Positions 1 to 8,116 of a stretch of DNA of 48,944 nucleotides are shown here, piece after piece. Positions within the stretch are counted from its first letter, which is position 1. Each line of letters opens with the position of its first letter. A program made the position numbers and the translations under genes. Source of the stretch: Planctomycetes bacterium GWC2_45_44. Its GTDB lineage: Bacteria; Planctomycetota; Phycisphaerae; Sedimentisphaerales; UBA12454. The notes beneath the pieces are model-generated. The model was not told the origin of the DNA, did not search any database, and saw only the letters and a list, made by a program, of their open reading frames with translations. The stretch covers positions 1-48,944 of the forward strand of contig MHXU01000100.1 of NCBI GenBank assembly GCA_001824555.1. Reading direction: 5' to 3'.

Positions 1-69
1 GAACCAGACTATGCCCACTATGCACAGAACAGTACCCGCCAGCATTCCTGTTTTTATATCATTGCGCAT
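1..69 (-). CDS. hypothetical membrane protein, N-terminal fragment running off the window
   Basis: ATG at 67-69 (minus) opens MRNDIKTGMLAGTVLCIVGIVWF..., which is hydrophobic. The frame stays open to the window edge, downstream of the secDF hairpin. Confidence 0.3.
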   Translation of the reverse strand, partial: MRNDIKTGMLAGTVLCIVGIVWF

Positions 70-93
70 TGTTCTACTTAACCGCCGCGTACT

Positions 94-121
94 AAAGCCC
101 CGCCAAATTGCTTGACGGGGC
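94..121 (-). terminator. possible intrinsic terminator after secDF
   Basis: Minus strand reads gccccgtca-agcaatt-tggcggggc: a 9-bp stem with one G.U pair and a 7-nt loop, followed by only TTT. It resembles the ttagcccc...ggggtt repeat family. Confidence 0.4.
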
Positions 122-134
122 ATCAACAGTAAAT

Positions 135-3100
135 TTACTTATTGCTCTCTGTCATTGATTTCTTTTTCCAGAGCAGCAGTACCGGCGCCGCGATTGCTAT
201 CGACGAATATGTACCGATAAAAATACCAAACATCAACGCGAAAGAAAATCCGCGAGTAGCGTTACTGCCCCAGACATACAGTATAAGAACCGCAAAGAAT
301 GTTGTAAAAGAGGTAATTATCGTTCTCGACAAAGTCTGGTTTATACTATCGTTGATAATCTTCGGCGTAATCGTTGCCAATCTGCCCTTGTTTTCGCGAA
401 TACGGTCGAACACAACGATTGTATCGTTCATCGAATAACCGATAATCGTCAGAAACGCCGCTATCATCGCAAGGTCGATTTTAAAATCGCCTATGAGCAT
501 CTTCTGCCCCCAGGACGTATCAGCCACATAAGTACAGCCGACTACAACGCCGATGGTAACCACAATATCGTGGAAAAGCGGAACAAGCGAAGCGATACCA
601 AACCGCAGCGTTCCGAATCGCAGCCAAACATAAATGCACATCGCAATCAGCGACAGCACAGTAGCAACCATAGCACGCGCTTTGGCTTCCTGGCCGATTG
701 ACGGCGCAACCTGCGTTACTCTTGGCAGCGAGCTTTGCAGCGATGCGGCCTCGGTTATCTTTTTGGTCTCATTATTTACAAACTGCGTCCATTCATCATC
801 GCTAAACTGACGAAAACCGGCTTCCGGCTCTGCGCTGTAATATACAAATTTCGTACTCGGCTCATCTTTGGCGGTTTCAGCCTGCCCCGCGACTGTCGAG
901 GCGGCCTGCCCATTTGCCAGAAGATACTCATACCATACAATATCTTCCATATCCGGCTTAAACCGTATATCGTCGAACCGCTGCTTCATTTGTGCCGTTG
1001 TACAGGCCTTATCGACGGTAAATTCAATCTTTATACCGCCGAGGAAATTAGCCAGTTCAGGATAACTGTCAACCATCGCATCGTCTATTTTGCCGCTCGA
1101 AACTATCTGCGGATGCAAATTATCAAGCATCTCCAGCTTATTGGCGAACGCTTCCTTAACTGCCCGACTGACAATCTCATCGACTGTCGGCGGTACGATT
1201 GAGGCGACTTCGCCGAAAGCCTTGGTCAAAATCCTGCTAACAATCGGCGTATTCGTCTGGCTCGTTGTTATGACAAATTTCTGCGGGTCAGCCGAATCCT
1301 GTGATACCGCCAAATTAGTGAGTCTGCCGCGAAGGGTTTCCTGTACCGTGTTGATTGTGTCTGTTACGCCCTGAACGGTTTGGCTCTGCCCTGCCTTAAA
1401 CACCACTGCCGCCGTGGTTTTGTTCGTCTCTGTAGTTGTAATTTCATATTGCAGTTTGGCTTCTTTGTCGCCGACGCTATAAACTCTGGCTGCCGCTATA
1501 GGTTTGTTGCCGAGCTGCTCGCCTTTCTGCTGTATTATCTTTTCGACATCGGCTCTTTCTAAAGGACTGTCAGCCTTGAGATTTATCTGCAAACTTGTGC
1601 CGCCGGTAAATTCGATATCATACTTGCTGTTTTTGGTGTCATCTCTATTGACGAACACAAACACGCTTGCCGCCATAAATATCACCGAGATTGTCAGCAG
1701 AACGGGCCTCATACCCATCCAGTTGATATTCGGCACTTTAATAACTCGCAGCATTGTGAGTTTGTCGATAATCACGCCGTTATTAAGCATAACGTGGAAA
1801 ATTATGCGGGATACAAAAACCGCCGTGAACATACACGACACGATACCGAGCATCGTCGTTATCGCAAAACCTCTGATTTCTTCCGACGCGACCATATACA
1901 GAATCACCATCGGAATAAACGTCGTTAAGTTTGAGTCTAAAATTGTAACAACAGCTCTGTTGTAGCCGTTGGATATTGCTGTCCGAAGACCTGCTCCCTT
2001 ATCAAGCTCTTCTCTTATACGCTCAAAAATCAAAATGTTCGCGTCATCGCTCATACCGATTGTCAGTACGATACCCGCAATGCCCGCCATCGTGAACGTC
2101 GCGCGGGTAAGAGCCATAACCGCCAGAACGAAAAAGATATTCAACGCCAGCGATATAGCCGCAATCAAACCGGCGATTCTGTAATAAACTATAAGGAATG
2201 CCGCGACCGCAAGCAGCGACAGATAGCCCGCTTTAATGCCTTCGTCGCGATTATCCGCTCCGAGGCTCGGCCCGATTGTCTTTTCTGAAACAGGAGGGTC
2301 TATCAATCTTGCCGGCAGAGAGCCTGCGTTGAGCTTGTCAACCATATCCATCTGCTCGGTCTGCGTAAAGTCGCCTTCGATTACGCCGCTGCTGCGAATC
2401 GCGCTGCGGATATTCGGAGACGATATCGCCACGCCGTCAAGGATAATGCACAAAGGCCTCTGGAGATTGTTTCTTGTTACATCATAGAACAGCGATGCGC
2501 CGACCTCATCAAAGCCGAACGCGATTGCACGTTTGCCGAGCTGGTCGGATGTCGTTCCTGCCTTTTGCAGCTTCCACGGCTTTTTGCCGGTGTTGCGGGT
2601 CAGACACTCGCCTTTCTGATTGCTCGCCAGAACATAATACTTATCCGCGAACGAGCCGGTAATAATCTGATTCCTTTCGTTCGCCTGCCAGGCGCCGTCT
2701 TCATAGTTTTCTATCAGCAGCCATACATATTTGGTGTCTGATGACAGCTTCGGTCCCTTAGTCTTGAGCGACTCGGCATAACCGGCCATTTCTTCCTTAT
2801 TCGTCCTGCCATCGTCTAACTTCGGCAGAATACGAAACTCAAGAACGCCAGCTCCCTTGAGCATTCTCTTGACATCTTCAGGCCCGTCAATCCTGCCTCT
2901 CACCGAACGGTAATTCTTAAATACCGCTGTCAGCTTGTCTATCTTTTCCGCTCTCGATGGGAATGTCGCCTTGAATTGCTCCAGCATCTCGGCTCGCTTA
3001 ACGGATTTATCAGGCATTTCAAGCACTTCGACTATCGCCTCAACGCTAAGATTGAAATTCCCAAGTTTAAGCTCCGCCTGCTTGTACATCGCGTTGATGC

Positions 3101-3857
3101 CGGTCTGCGGCGCGGTCATTTCATTAACCACCTGCGCCCACTGCTTATAATCCTGTATATATTGCTCAATCTGCGAGCTAAGCTGTTTTTTGGAAATTGC
3201 CGAATTTGCGTCCGCGACAAGTGTTTCAATCTGCTTTGCCTGTGCGTTGGGGTCAAGATTCGCCGCACCGGCAAGCGACTCCGCGCTCACCCCCGCCTTG
3301 CCGACAGCCAAAGCTATCGTATCAAGCGACGATTTCAGAGCGTCTCTTTTTGCCTGTGCAGTTTTTCTTGCGTCATAAGCCGCCGCAAGACCAGCCAGAA
3401 TCTCTCTCCTGTCGTTGCTGTCGCCGGCCATCACGGCAAAAACCTTATCTCTCTCGCCCGGCTCTTTTGCCAGAGTTCTTTTTATTGTCGCCAGATTGAC
3501 ATTGTCTTTGGAAATGTCGCTAATCGCCTCATCATAAGCCCGTCTTCTGGCCTGTGTATCCGCGCTTGCAAGAGGAACCTGAATCTCAAGCCGGGTATCC
3601 CCCTGCGGACGCATTATAATGTTCTGCACGTTGCCGGGGTCAATTCGTTTGAGAAGTATAGGCGAAAGTTTCTGCGCAAGATTATCCATCTCGCCGCCTT
3701 CCAAACCTGTCGTGTCAATTTCGTAAATAAGACTCGTACCGCCGGCCAAATCAATACCGGGCTTTAAAGTCTCCTGCGGCGGATACAGCTCAAACGCCGC
3801 AAACAAAACCAAAACAACAACCGCAATCAATCCGAAACGTACAACATTTCTATCCAT
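135..3857 (-). CDS. secDF: fused protein translocase subunit SecDF (1240 aa)
   Basis: SecD-type N-terminus (TM then GIDLAGGTSLIYEID). A second SecF-type start (DIEFTGGTSLQINL) lies mid-protein. Two 6-TM RND-like blocks are present. Lies downstream of yajC and tgt as in the classical operon. Confidence 0.9.
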   Translation of the reverse strand: MDRNVVRFGLIAVVVLVLFAAFELYPPQETLKPGIDLAGGTSLIYEIDTTGLEGGEMDNLAQKLSPILLKRIDPGNVQNIIMRPQGDTRLEIQVPLASADTQARRRAYDEAISDISKDNVNLATIKRTLAKEPGERDKVFAVMAGDSNDRREILAGLAAAYDARKTAQAKRDALKSSLDTIALAVGKAGVSAESLAGAANLDPNAQAKQIETLVADANSAISKKQLSSQIEQYIQDYKQWAQVVNEMTAPQTGINAMYKQAELKLGNFNLSVEAIVEVLEMPDKSVKRAEMLEQFKATFPSRAEKIDKLTAVFKNYRSVRGRIDGPEDVKRMLKGAGVLEFRILPKLDDGRTNKEEMAGYAESLKTKGPKLSSDTKYVWLLIENYEDGAWQANERNQIITGSFADKYYVLASNQKGECLTRNTGKKPWKLQKAGTTSDQLGKRAIAFGFDEVGASLFYDVTRNNLQRPLCIILDGVAISSPNIRSAIRSSGVIEGDFTQTEQMDMVDKLNAGSLPARLIDPPVSEKTIGPSLGADNRDEGIKAGYLSLLAVAAFLIVYYRIAGLIAAISLALNIFFVLAVMALTRATFTMAGIAGIVLTIGMSDDANILIFERIREELDKGAGLRTAISNGYNRAVVTILDSNLTTFIPMVILYMVASEEIRGFAITTMLGIVSCMFTAVFVSRIIFHVMLNNGVIIDKLTMLRVIKVPNINWMGMRPVLLTISVIFMAASVFVFVNRDDTKNSKYDIEFTGGTSLQINLKADSPLERADVEKIIQQKGEQLGNKPIAAARVYSVGDKEAKLQYEITTTETNKTTAAVVFKAGQSQTVQGVTDTINTVQETLRGRLTNLAVSQDSADPQKFVITTSQTNTPIVSRILTKAFGEVASIVPPTVDEIVSRAVKEAFANKLEMLDNLHPQIVSSGKIDDAMVDSYPELANFLGGIKIEFTVDKACTTAQMKQRFDDIRFKPDMEDIVWYEYLLANGQAASTVAGQAETAKDEPSTKFVYYSAEPEAGFRQFSDDEWTQFVNNETKKITEAASLQSSLPRVTQVAPSIGQEAKARAMVATVLSLIAMCIYVWLRFGTLRFGIASLVPLFHDIVVTIGVVVGCTYVADTSWGQKMLIGDFKIDLAMIAAFLTIIGYSMNDTIVVFDRIRENKGRLATITPKIINDSINQTLSRTIITSFTTFFAVLILYVWGSNATRGFSFALMFGIFIGTYSSIAIAAPVLLLWKKKSMTESNK

Positions 3858-3910
3858 ATCAATTCCCTGAAAAAATTACCTCCGCCGAAGGCGGCTCAAA
3901 TTTCTACTTT

Positions 3911-3937
3911 CTACTGACTATTGGCTACTGGCTATTA
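3911..3937 (+). repeat. 27-bp dispersed repeat, copy 1 (ctactgactattggctactggctatta)
   Basis: 26/27 identical to the reverse complement of 30231-30257. Confidence 0.85.
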
Positions 3938-3939
3938 CT

Positions 3940-4353
3940 TTACTTCTGCTCAATTACCCTGCTCACCGCTGACGGCAGAACGCGAAGCTTTGTATTATTC
4001 GCCTCGTCAATCTTAAGAACAACTTCCGTCTCGCTTACTTCAAGAACTGTGCCGAGTATCCCGCCGATGGTTTGAACTCGGTCGTTTTTCTTCAGAGCCA
4101 TTATCATTTGTTTTTGCTGCTGTTGTTTCTTGCGGGGGCCTCTGAACATTATGAAGTACATAACTACAAAAATCAAACCGATGAAAATAAACTGCTGCCA
4201 CTGTGCTTTTGGATTTTTCACAACAGGTTTTGCAGCCCCGTTCGGGTCTGTCTGTATAGTTGTGCCTGTTGTCTGCTGACTTTCCGCGGAAATATCATCA
4301 GCCGTAATTACCTCCGGTACATTTGCTTCTGCCAAAATTCCTAAAACTTCCAT
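3940..4353 (-). CDS. yajC: preprotein translocase subunit YajC
   Basis: Single TM followed by KKNDRVQTIGGILGTVLEVSETEVVLKID, the typical YajC core. Sits between tgt and secDF. Confidence 0.85.
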   Translation of the reverse strand: MEVLGILAEANVPEVITADDISAESQQTTGTTIQTDPNGAAKPVVKNPKAQWQQFIFIGLIFVVMYFIMFRGPRKKQQQQKQMIMALKKNDRVQTIGGILGTVLEVSETEVVLKIDEANNTKLRVLPSAVSRVIEQK

Positions 4354-4390
4354 TCATAATCCTTTCTTTAGTTTCTTATAACTTATGCTC

Positions 4391-5518
4391 TTATGCACTT
4401 ATTTCTTTCCGGGCATAAGCCGGGCTTTCCAAAGCCTGCTCTGCCCAGCTATTGAACGTGTCATTCTCTATATTTTGCCGTATTTTGTCCATTAAATTAT
4501 GATAAAAAACTATATTATGCAGCGCGAGCATAATCGGGCCGAGCATTTCGCCGGTATTAAAAAAGTGTCGAATCGCCGATTTACTGAATGTTTTGCAGCA
4601 AACACACCCGCAATTCGCGTCAACAGGCGTAAAATCGTCAGCAAAAGCCGCATTTCTCAACCTGATAGCCCCTTTTTCGGTAAAAGCAAGGGCGTTTCTG
4701 CCATTCCGCGTCGGCATAACGCAGTCAAACATATCAATTCCCGCCTGTACCGCCTGGATAATATCCGCAGGCGTTCCAACTCCCATCAAATATCTCGGCT
4801 TATCCACCGGCAGCAGCGGCGCAGCAAAACGGACAGTTTTGAGCATACCTTCCGTCCCCTCGCCAACACTTAATCCACCCAAAGCATAACCGGGGAAACC
4901 TATTTTTATCAATTCTTTTGCACAAGTTTTACGCAAATTCTCGTCAGTTTGCCCCTGAACAATGCCGAAAAGGAGCTGTTTTTCATTGGAATGTGAGTTT
5001 TTGCAGATTTTTGCCCACTTTATTGTGCGTTCGACAGCCTTTTCCTGCTCCTTTTGCGGCGCATCAAAAGCAGGACACTGATCAAAACACATAATAATGT
5101 CAGCGCCGAGCCGATTTTGAATATTCGTCGCAATCGCAGCGTCGAGTTTGATTTTCGCCCCATCATAAGGACTGGCGAACTCCGTACCGTCATCGGTTAT
5201 GGAATTTATGGAACTTAGCGAAAAAATCTGAAACCCGCCGCTGTCGGTAAGAATAGGCCTGTTCCACGCCATAAGTTTGTGCAATCCCCCTGCCTTTTCA
5301 ACAATTTCAACACCGGGGCGAAGGAGCATATGAAATGTATTTGCTAAAATTATCTGGCTGCCCGCCTCGACTAACTGCGCCGGCAAAATTCCCTTTACCG
5401 CGCCTTTCGTCCCAACAGGCATAAAGACAGGAGTTTTGATTGTACCGTGTGCAGTCCGCAGCAATCCCGTTCGCGCATTGCTTTGTGAATCTGTTTTGGT
5501 TATTTCAAAAATACTCAT
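4391..5518 (-). CDS. tgt: queuine tRNA-ribosyltransferase
   Basis: LTDSGGFQ catalytic region, Zn site CGCVCC...H, 375 aa, conserved tgt-yajC-secDF order. Confidence 0.95.
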   Translation of the reverse strand: MSIFEITKTDSQSNARTGLLRTAHGTIKTPVFMPVGTKGAVKGILPAQLVEAGSQIILANTFHMLLRPGVEIVEKAGGLHKLMAWNRPILTDSGGFQIFSLSSINSITDDGTEFASPYDGAKIKLDAAIATNIQNRLGADIIMCFDQCPAFDAPQKEQEKAVERTIKWAKICKNSHSNEKQLLFGIVQGQTDENLRKTCAKELIKIGFPGYALGGLSVGEGTEGMLKTVRFAAPLLPVDKPRYLMGVGTPADIIQAVQAGIDMFDCVMPTRNGRNALAFTEKGAIRLRNAAFADDFTPVDANCGCVCCKTFSKSAIRHFFNTGEMLGPIMLALHNIVFYHNLMDKIRQNIENDTFNSWAEQALESPAYARKEISA

Positions 5519-5616
5519 TTTGGCGGAACTATAAGCCGAAAAAGAAGTTTTTACAATGGAATTCGGTATTGCGTTTCAATTATTCCCCGGCAATGATACT
5601 TGCAATAGTAATAAAA

Positions 5617-5651
5617 AAATCCGTGAAATCCGCGTAATCTGCGGTTAGAAT
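5617..5651 (+). promoter_or_regulatory. 35-nt dispersed promoter-like motif, copy A (aaatccgtgaaatccgcgtaatctgcggttagaat)
   Basis: One of three near-identical plus-strand copies (also 13488-13523 and 30461-30496). GTGAAA, a 17-nt spacer, then TAGAAT, ending 9 nt before the ATG at 5660. Confidence 0.35.
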
Positions 5652-5659
5652 CGCCCGCT

Positions 5660-7507
5660 ATGGAACAAAACACAAAATTATCCCGGCTATTATCGAAGCA
5701 GGTTGTCATCGGCGACGGCGCGATGGGGACAATGCTCTACTCAAAGGGTGTGTTCGTAAATACCTGTTTTGACGAACTTAATATCACCAGGCCTGGCCTG
5801 ATAAAGGACATCCACGAGCAGTATGTCTCTGCCGGTGCGGACTTTATAGAAACCAACACCTTCGGCGCAAACGAATACAAATTGGCCAAATTCGGCCTGT
5901 TCGATAAGGTTGAGCAAATAAACGCTTCAGCGGTTAAAATTGCCAAAGAGGCGGCAGGCGGAAACGCCCTTGTTGCTGGCGCCATTGGGCCGCTCGGTAT
6001 TGAAGGCTCGGCCAAACTCTCCGAAAAGCAGATTATTGAGATATTCGAGAGGCAAATTAAGTCGCTGGCTGACGCGGGGGCGGATTTTCTGCTGTTTGAG
6101 ACGTTCGGCAATCTTGCTGAACTGCTTTTGGCCGTCAGAGCGGCCGGCTCGGTTTGCGGACTTGAAATTGTTGCACAGTTGTCTGTGAACGAAAATAAAG
6201 AAACACTTTTCGGCGACCGACTTGATGAGGCGATTATTGAACTTTGCCGGTGCAGTCACGTTGCAGCGGCAGGTCTGAATTGCCTGCTCGGACCGGCGGC
6301 GATGCTCGATTGCCTCGATGTTCTGAAAACGGTCGCGACAAAGCCGATTTCCATTCAGCCAAACGCGGGCTTGCCGCAGACCGTTGACGGCAGAACGCTC
6401 TATATGTCAACGCCGGAGTATATGGCCGAGTACGCAAAGAGATTTTATCAGCGCGGCGCAAGAATCATCGGCGGCTGCTGCGGCTCAACGCCCGAACATA
6501 TCAGGCAAATCGCCCAGGCCGTAAAATCAATCGACAAATCTGAACGCCCCCCTGCTATCGAAATTAGACAGGTTGAAAAAGCCGTTCGGCAAATTCCTGT
6601 TGAATTGAAGGATAAATCGCAGTTCGGCGCAAAACTTGCCGCCGGGCAAAAAATAATTACGATTGAAATTTCGCCGCCGAAGGGTGCGGATTTGTCGGGG
6701 CTTATCGAAAAGGTAAATCTGTGCAAACAGGCGGGCGTTGATGCGGTGAATATCCCCGATGGGCCGCGTGCAAGTTCGCGAATCAGCGCAATGATAACCG
6801 CAATAAAACTCCAGCAGGCGTGCGGAATAGAGACGCTTTTGCATTTTTGCTGTCGGGATAGAAATATAATCGCTATGCAGTCGGACCTGCTGGGCATACA
6901 TACAATCGGTCTGCGGAATGTTTTAATTATCACAGGCGACCCGCCGAAGTTAGGCGAATATCCGAACGCGACCGGCGTATTCGACCTCGATTCGACAGCG
7001 TTGACAAAAGTCGTCAGCGATTTAAATTGCGGGCTCGATATTGCGGGCAATGGTTTTACGCCAAAGACTGCATTAGTCGTCGGGGTCGGCGCAAATCCCG
7101 TCGCGGCGGAAATGAAAAGAGAACTTGAGCGGTTCAAAAAGAAAATTGCCGCAGGTGCCGAGTTCGCGATAACCCAGCCGGTCTTTGACAGCAGGAGTTT
7201 GTTTGATTTTCTTGACGCGGCGGATTGCAGGATACCTGTAATTGCAGGGATATGGCCTTTTACGAGTTTTAAGAACGCAGAATTTATGGCCAACGAAGTG
7301 CCGGGCGTTGTCGTGCCGAAAAATATCCTCGATAGAATGGCGACAGCCAAAGACCAGCTCCAGAGCAAAAAACTCGGCGTGCAAATCGCCAAAGAACTTA
7401 TGGAGCAGATAAAAGACCGGGTAGCGGGTTTCGCGATAAGCGCACCATTCGGGAATGTTAAAATGGCTCTTGCCGCTGCGGATAAATTTGATATTCAGCT
7501 TGGCTGA
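5660..7507 (+). CDS. bifunctional homocysteine S-methyltransferase / 5,10-methylenetetrahydrofolate reductase (YitJ-like)
   Basis: The N-terminal ~290 aa is a Hcy-binding domain (GDGAMGT..., IIGGCCGSTPEHI Zn-Cys pair). The C-terminal ~300 aa is MTHFR-like (FAITQPVFD). Confidence 0.85.
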   Translation: MEQNTKLSRLLSKQVVIGDGAMGTMLYSKGVFVNTCFDELNITRPGLIKDIHEQYVSAGADFIETNTFGANEYKLAKFGLFDKVEQINASAVKIAKEAAGGNALVAGAIGPLGIEGSAKLSEKQIIEIFERQIKSLADAGADFLLFETFGNLAELLLAVRAAGSVCGLEIVAQLSVNENKETLFGDRLDEAIIELCRCSHVAAAGLNCLLGPAAMLDCLDVLKTVATKPISIQPNAGLPQTVDGRTLYMSTPEYMAEYAKRFYQRGARIIGGCCGSTPEHIRQIAQAVKSIDKSERPPAIEIRQVEKAVRQIPVELKDKSQFGAKLAAGQKIITIEISPPKGADLSGLIEKVNLCKQAGVDAVNIPDGPRASSRISAMITAIKLQQACGIETLLHFCCRDRNIIAMQSDLLGIHTIGLRNVLIITGDPPKLGEYPNATGVFDLDSTALTKVVSDLNCGLDIAGNGFTPKTALVVGVGANPVAAEMKRELERFKKKIAAGAEFAITQPVFDSRSLFDFLDAADCRIPVIAGIWPFTSFKNAEFMANEVPGVVVPKNILDRMATAKDQLQSKKLGVQIAKELMEQIKDRVAGFAISAPFGNVKMALAAADKFDIQLG

Positions 7508-7520
7508 TTCTACTCAATTT

Positions 7521-7637
7521 CGTAATACTTTAGCTAAGTGCCAAATACAACTTGTCATTCCCGCGAAAGCGGGAATCCAGTTTTGTAGGGTGGGCTTTAG
7601 CCCACGCTGTTTTTTCTACATTCGGCTAAAGTATTAC
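7521..7637. mobile_element. MITE-like unit carrying two hairpin modules
   Basis: 13-bp terminal inverted repeat gtaatactttagc (7522-7534) / gctaaagtattac (7625-7637). Flanked by the direct repeat tactcaattt (7511-7520 and 7635-7644), whose right copy overlaps the right TIR by 3 nt. The interior holds the gtcattcccgcg-gaaa-gcgggaatc and gtagggtgggc-ttta-gcccacgc modules. Confidence 0.45.
7554..7611. terminator. two GC-rich stem-loops between convergent genes (likely bidirectional terminators)
   Basis: tcccgc-gaaa-gcggga (within 7554-7578) and gtgggc-ttta-gcccac (within 7584-7611), followed by ttttt. Lies between the stop of the plus-strand MTHFR fusion and the stop of minus-strand greA. Confidence 0.5.
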
Positions 7638-8116
7638 TCAATTTGCGATTTAGCGATATCAATCACTTCAAATTGAAATTCGCCGCGAGGGTTCTTTACT
7701 AACGCCTTTTCTCCCATCGCGAGCCCATGAATAGCGTCTCCGACCGGCGAATGAATCGAAATGCTTCCCGTATCAATATCAGCATCGTGAGGCCCCAGCA
7801 ATTGATAGGTTACTTTCTCCTGGGTATTCAGATTCAGCAAAGTTACGATGGTGCCGAACACGGCTTTATCGCATTGAACTTTCGTGCAATCCACTTTATC
7901 TGACCGGTTTATTTGCGCCCTCAATTCCCCCAGCCGCCCTTCGATAAAGCCTAACTGCTGGCGACCGTAAATATACTCGCCATTTTCCCTTAAATCGCCC
8001 TGCTCACGAGCTTCACTGACTCTTTTCCTGACTTCAACCGCTTCTTTCTCGAGCTGGAGCAGTTCCTCCTTAAGTTTATTAAAACCCGTTAGCGATATTG
8101 GCACAAGATCAAACAT
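7634..8116 (-). CDS. greA: transcription elongation factor GreA
   Basis: 160 aa. N-terminal coiled coil with an acidic tip (REQGDLRENGEY) and a C-terminal FKBP-like domain. Confidence 0.9.
   Translation of the reverse strand: MFDLVPISLTGFNKLKEELLQLEKEAVEVRKRVSEAREQGDLRENGEYIYGRQQLGFIEGRLGELRAQINRSDKVDCTKVQCDKAVFGTIVTLLNLNTQEKVTYQLLGPHDADIDTGSISIHSPVGDAIHGLAMGEKALVKNPRGEFQFEVIDIAKSQIE

Noticed and set aside
5519-5659. Possible SAM (S-box) riboswitch upstream of the YitJ-like gene.
   Set aside because: I see no S-box-like conserved helices or the characteristic core sequence. The region is instead occupied by the 35-nt dispersed motif.
6448-7392. Long antisense or out-of-frame shadow ORFs inside strong genes (6448-7392, 2976-3767, 11076-11705, 43317-44210, 43708-44352, 48176-48694 and others).
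   Set aside because: Each lies wholly within a confidently identified conserved gene and has a low-complexity or Arg/Ser-rich translation with no recognisable motif.
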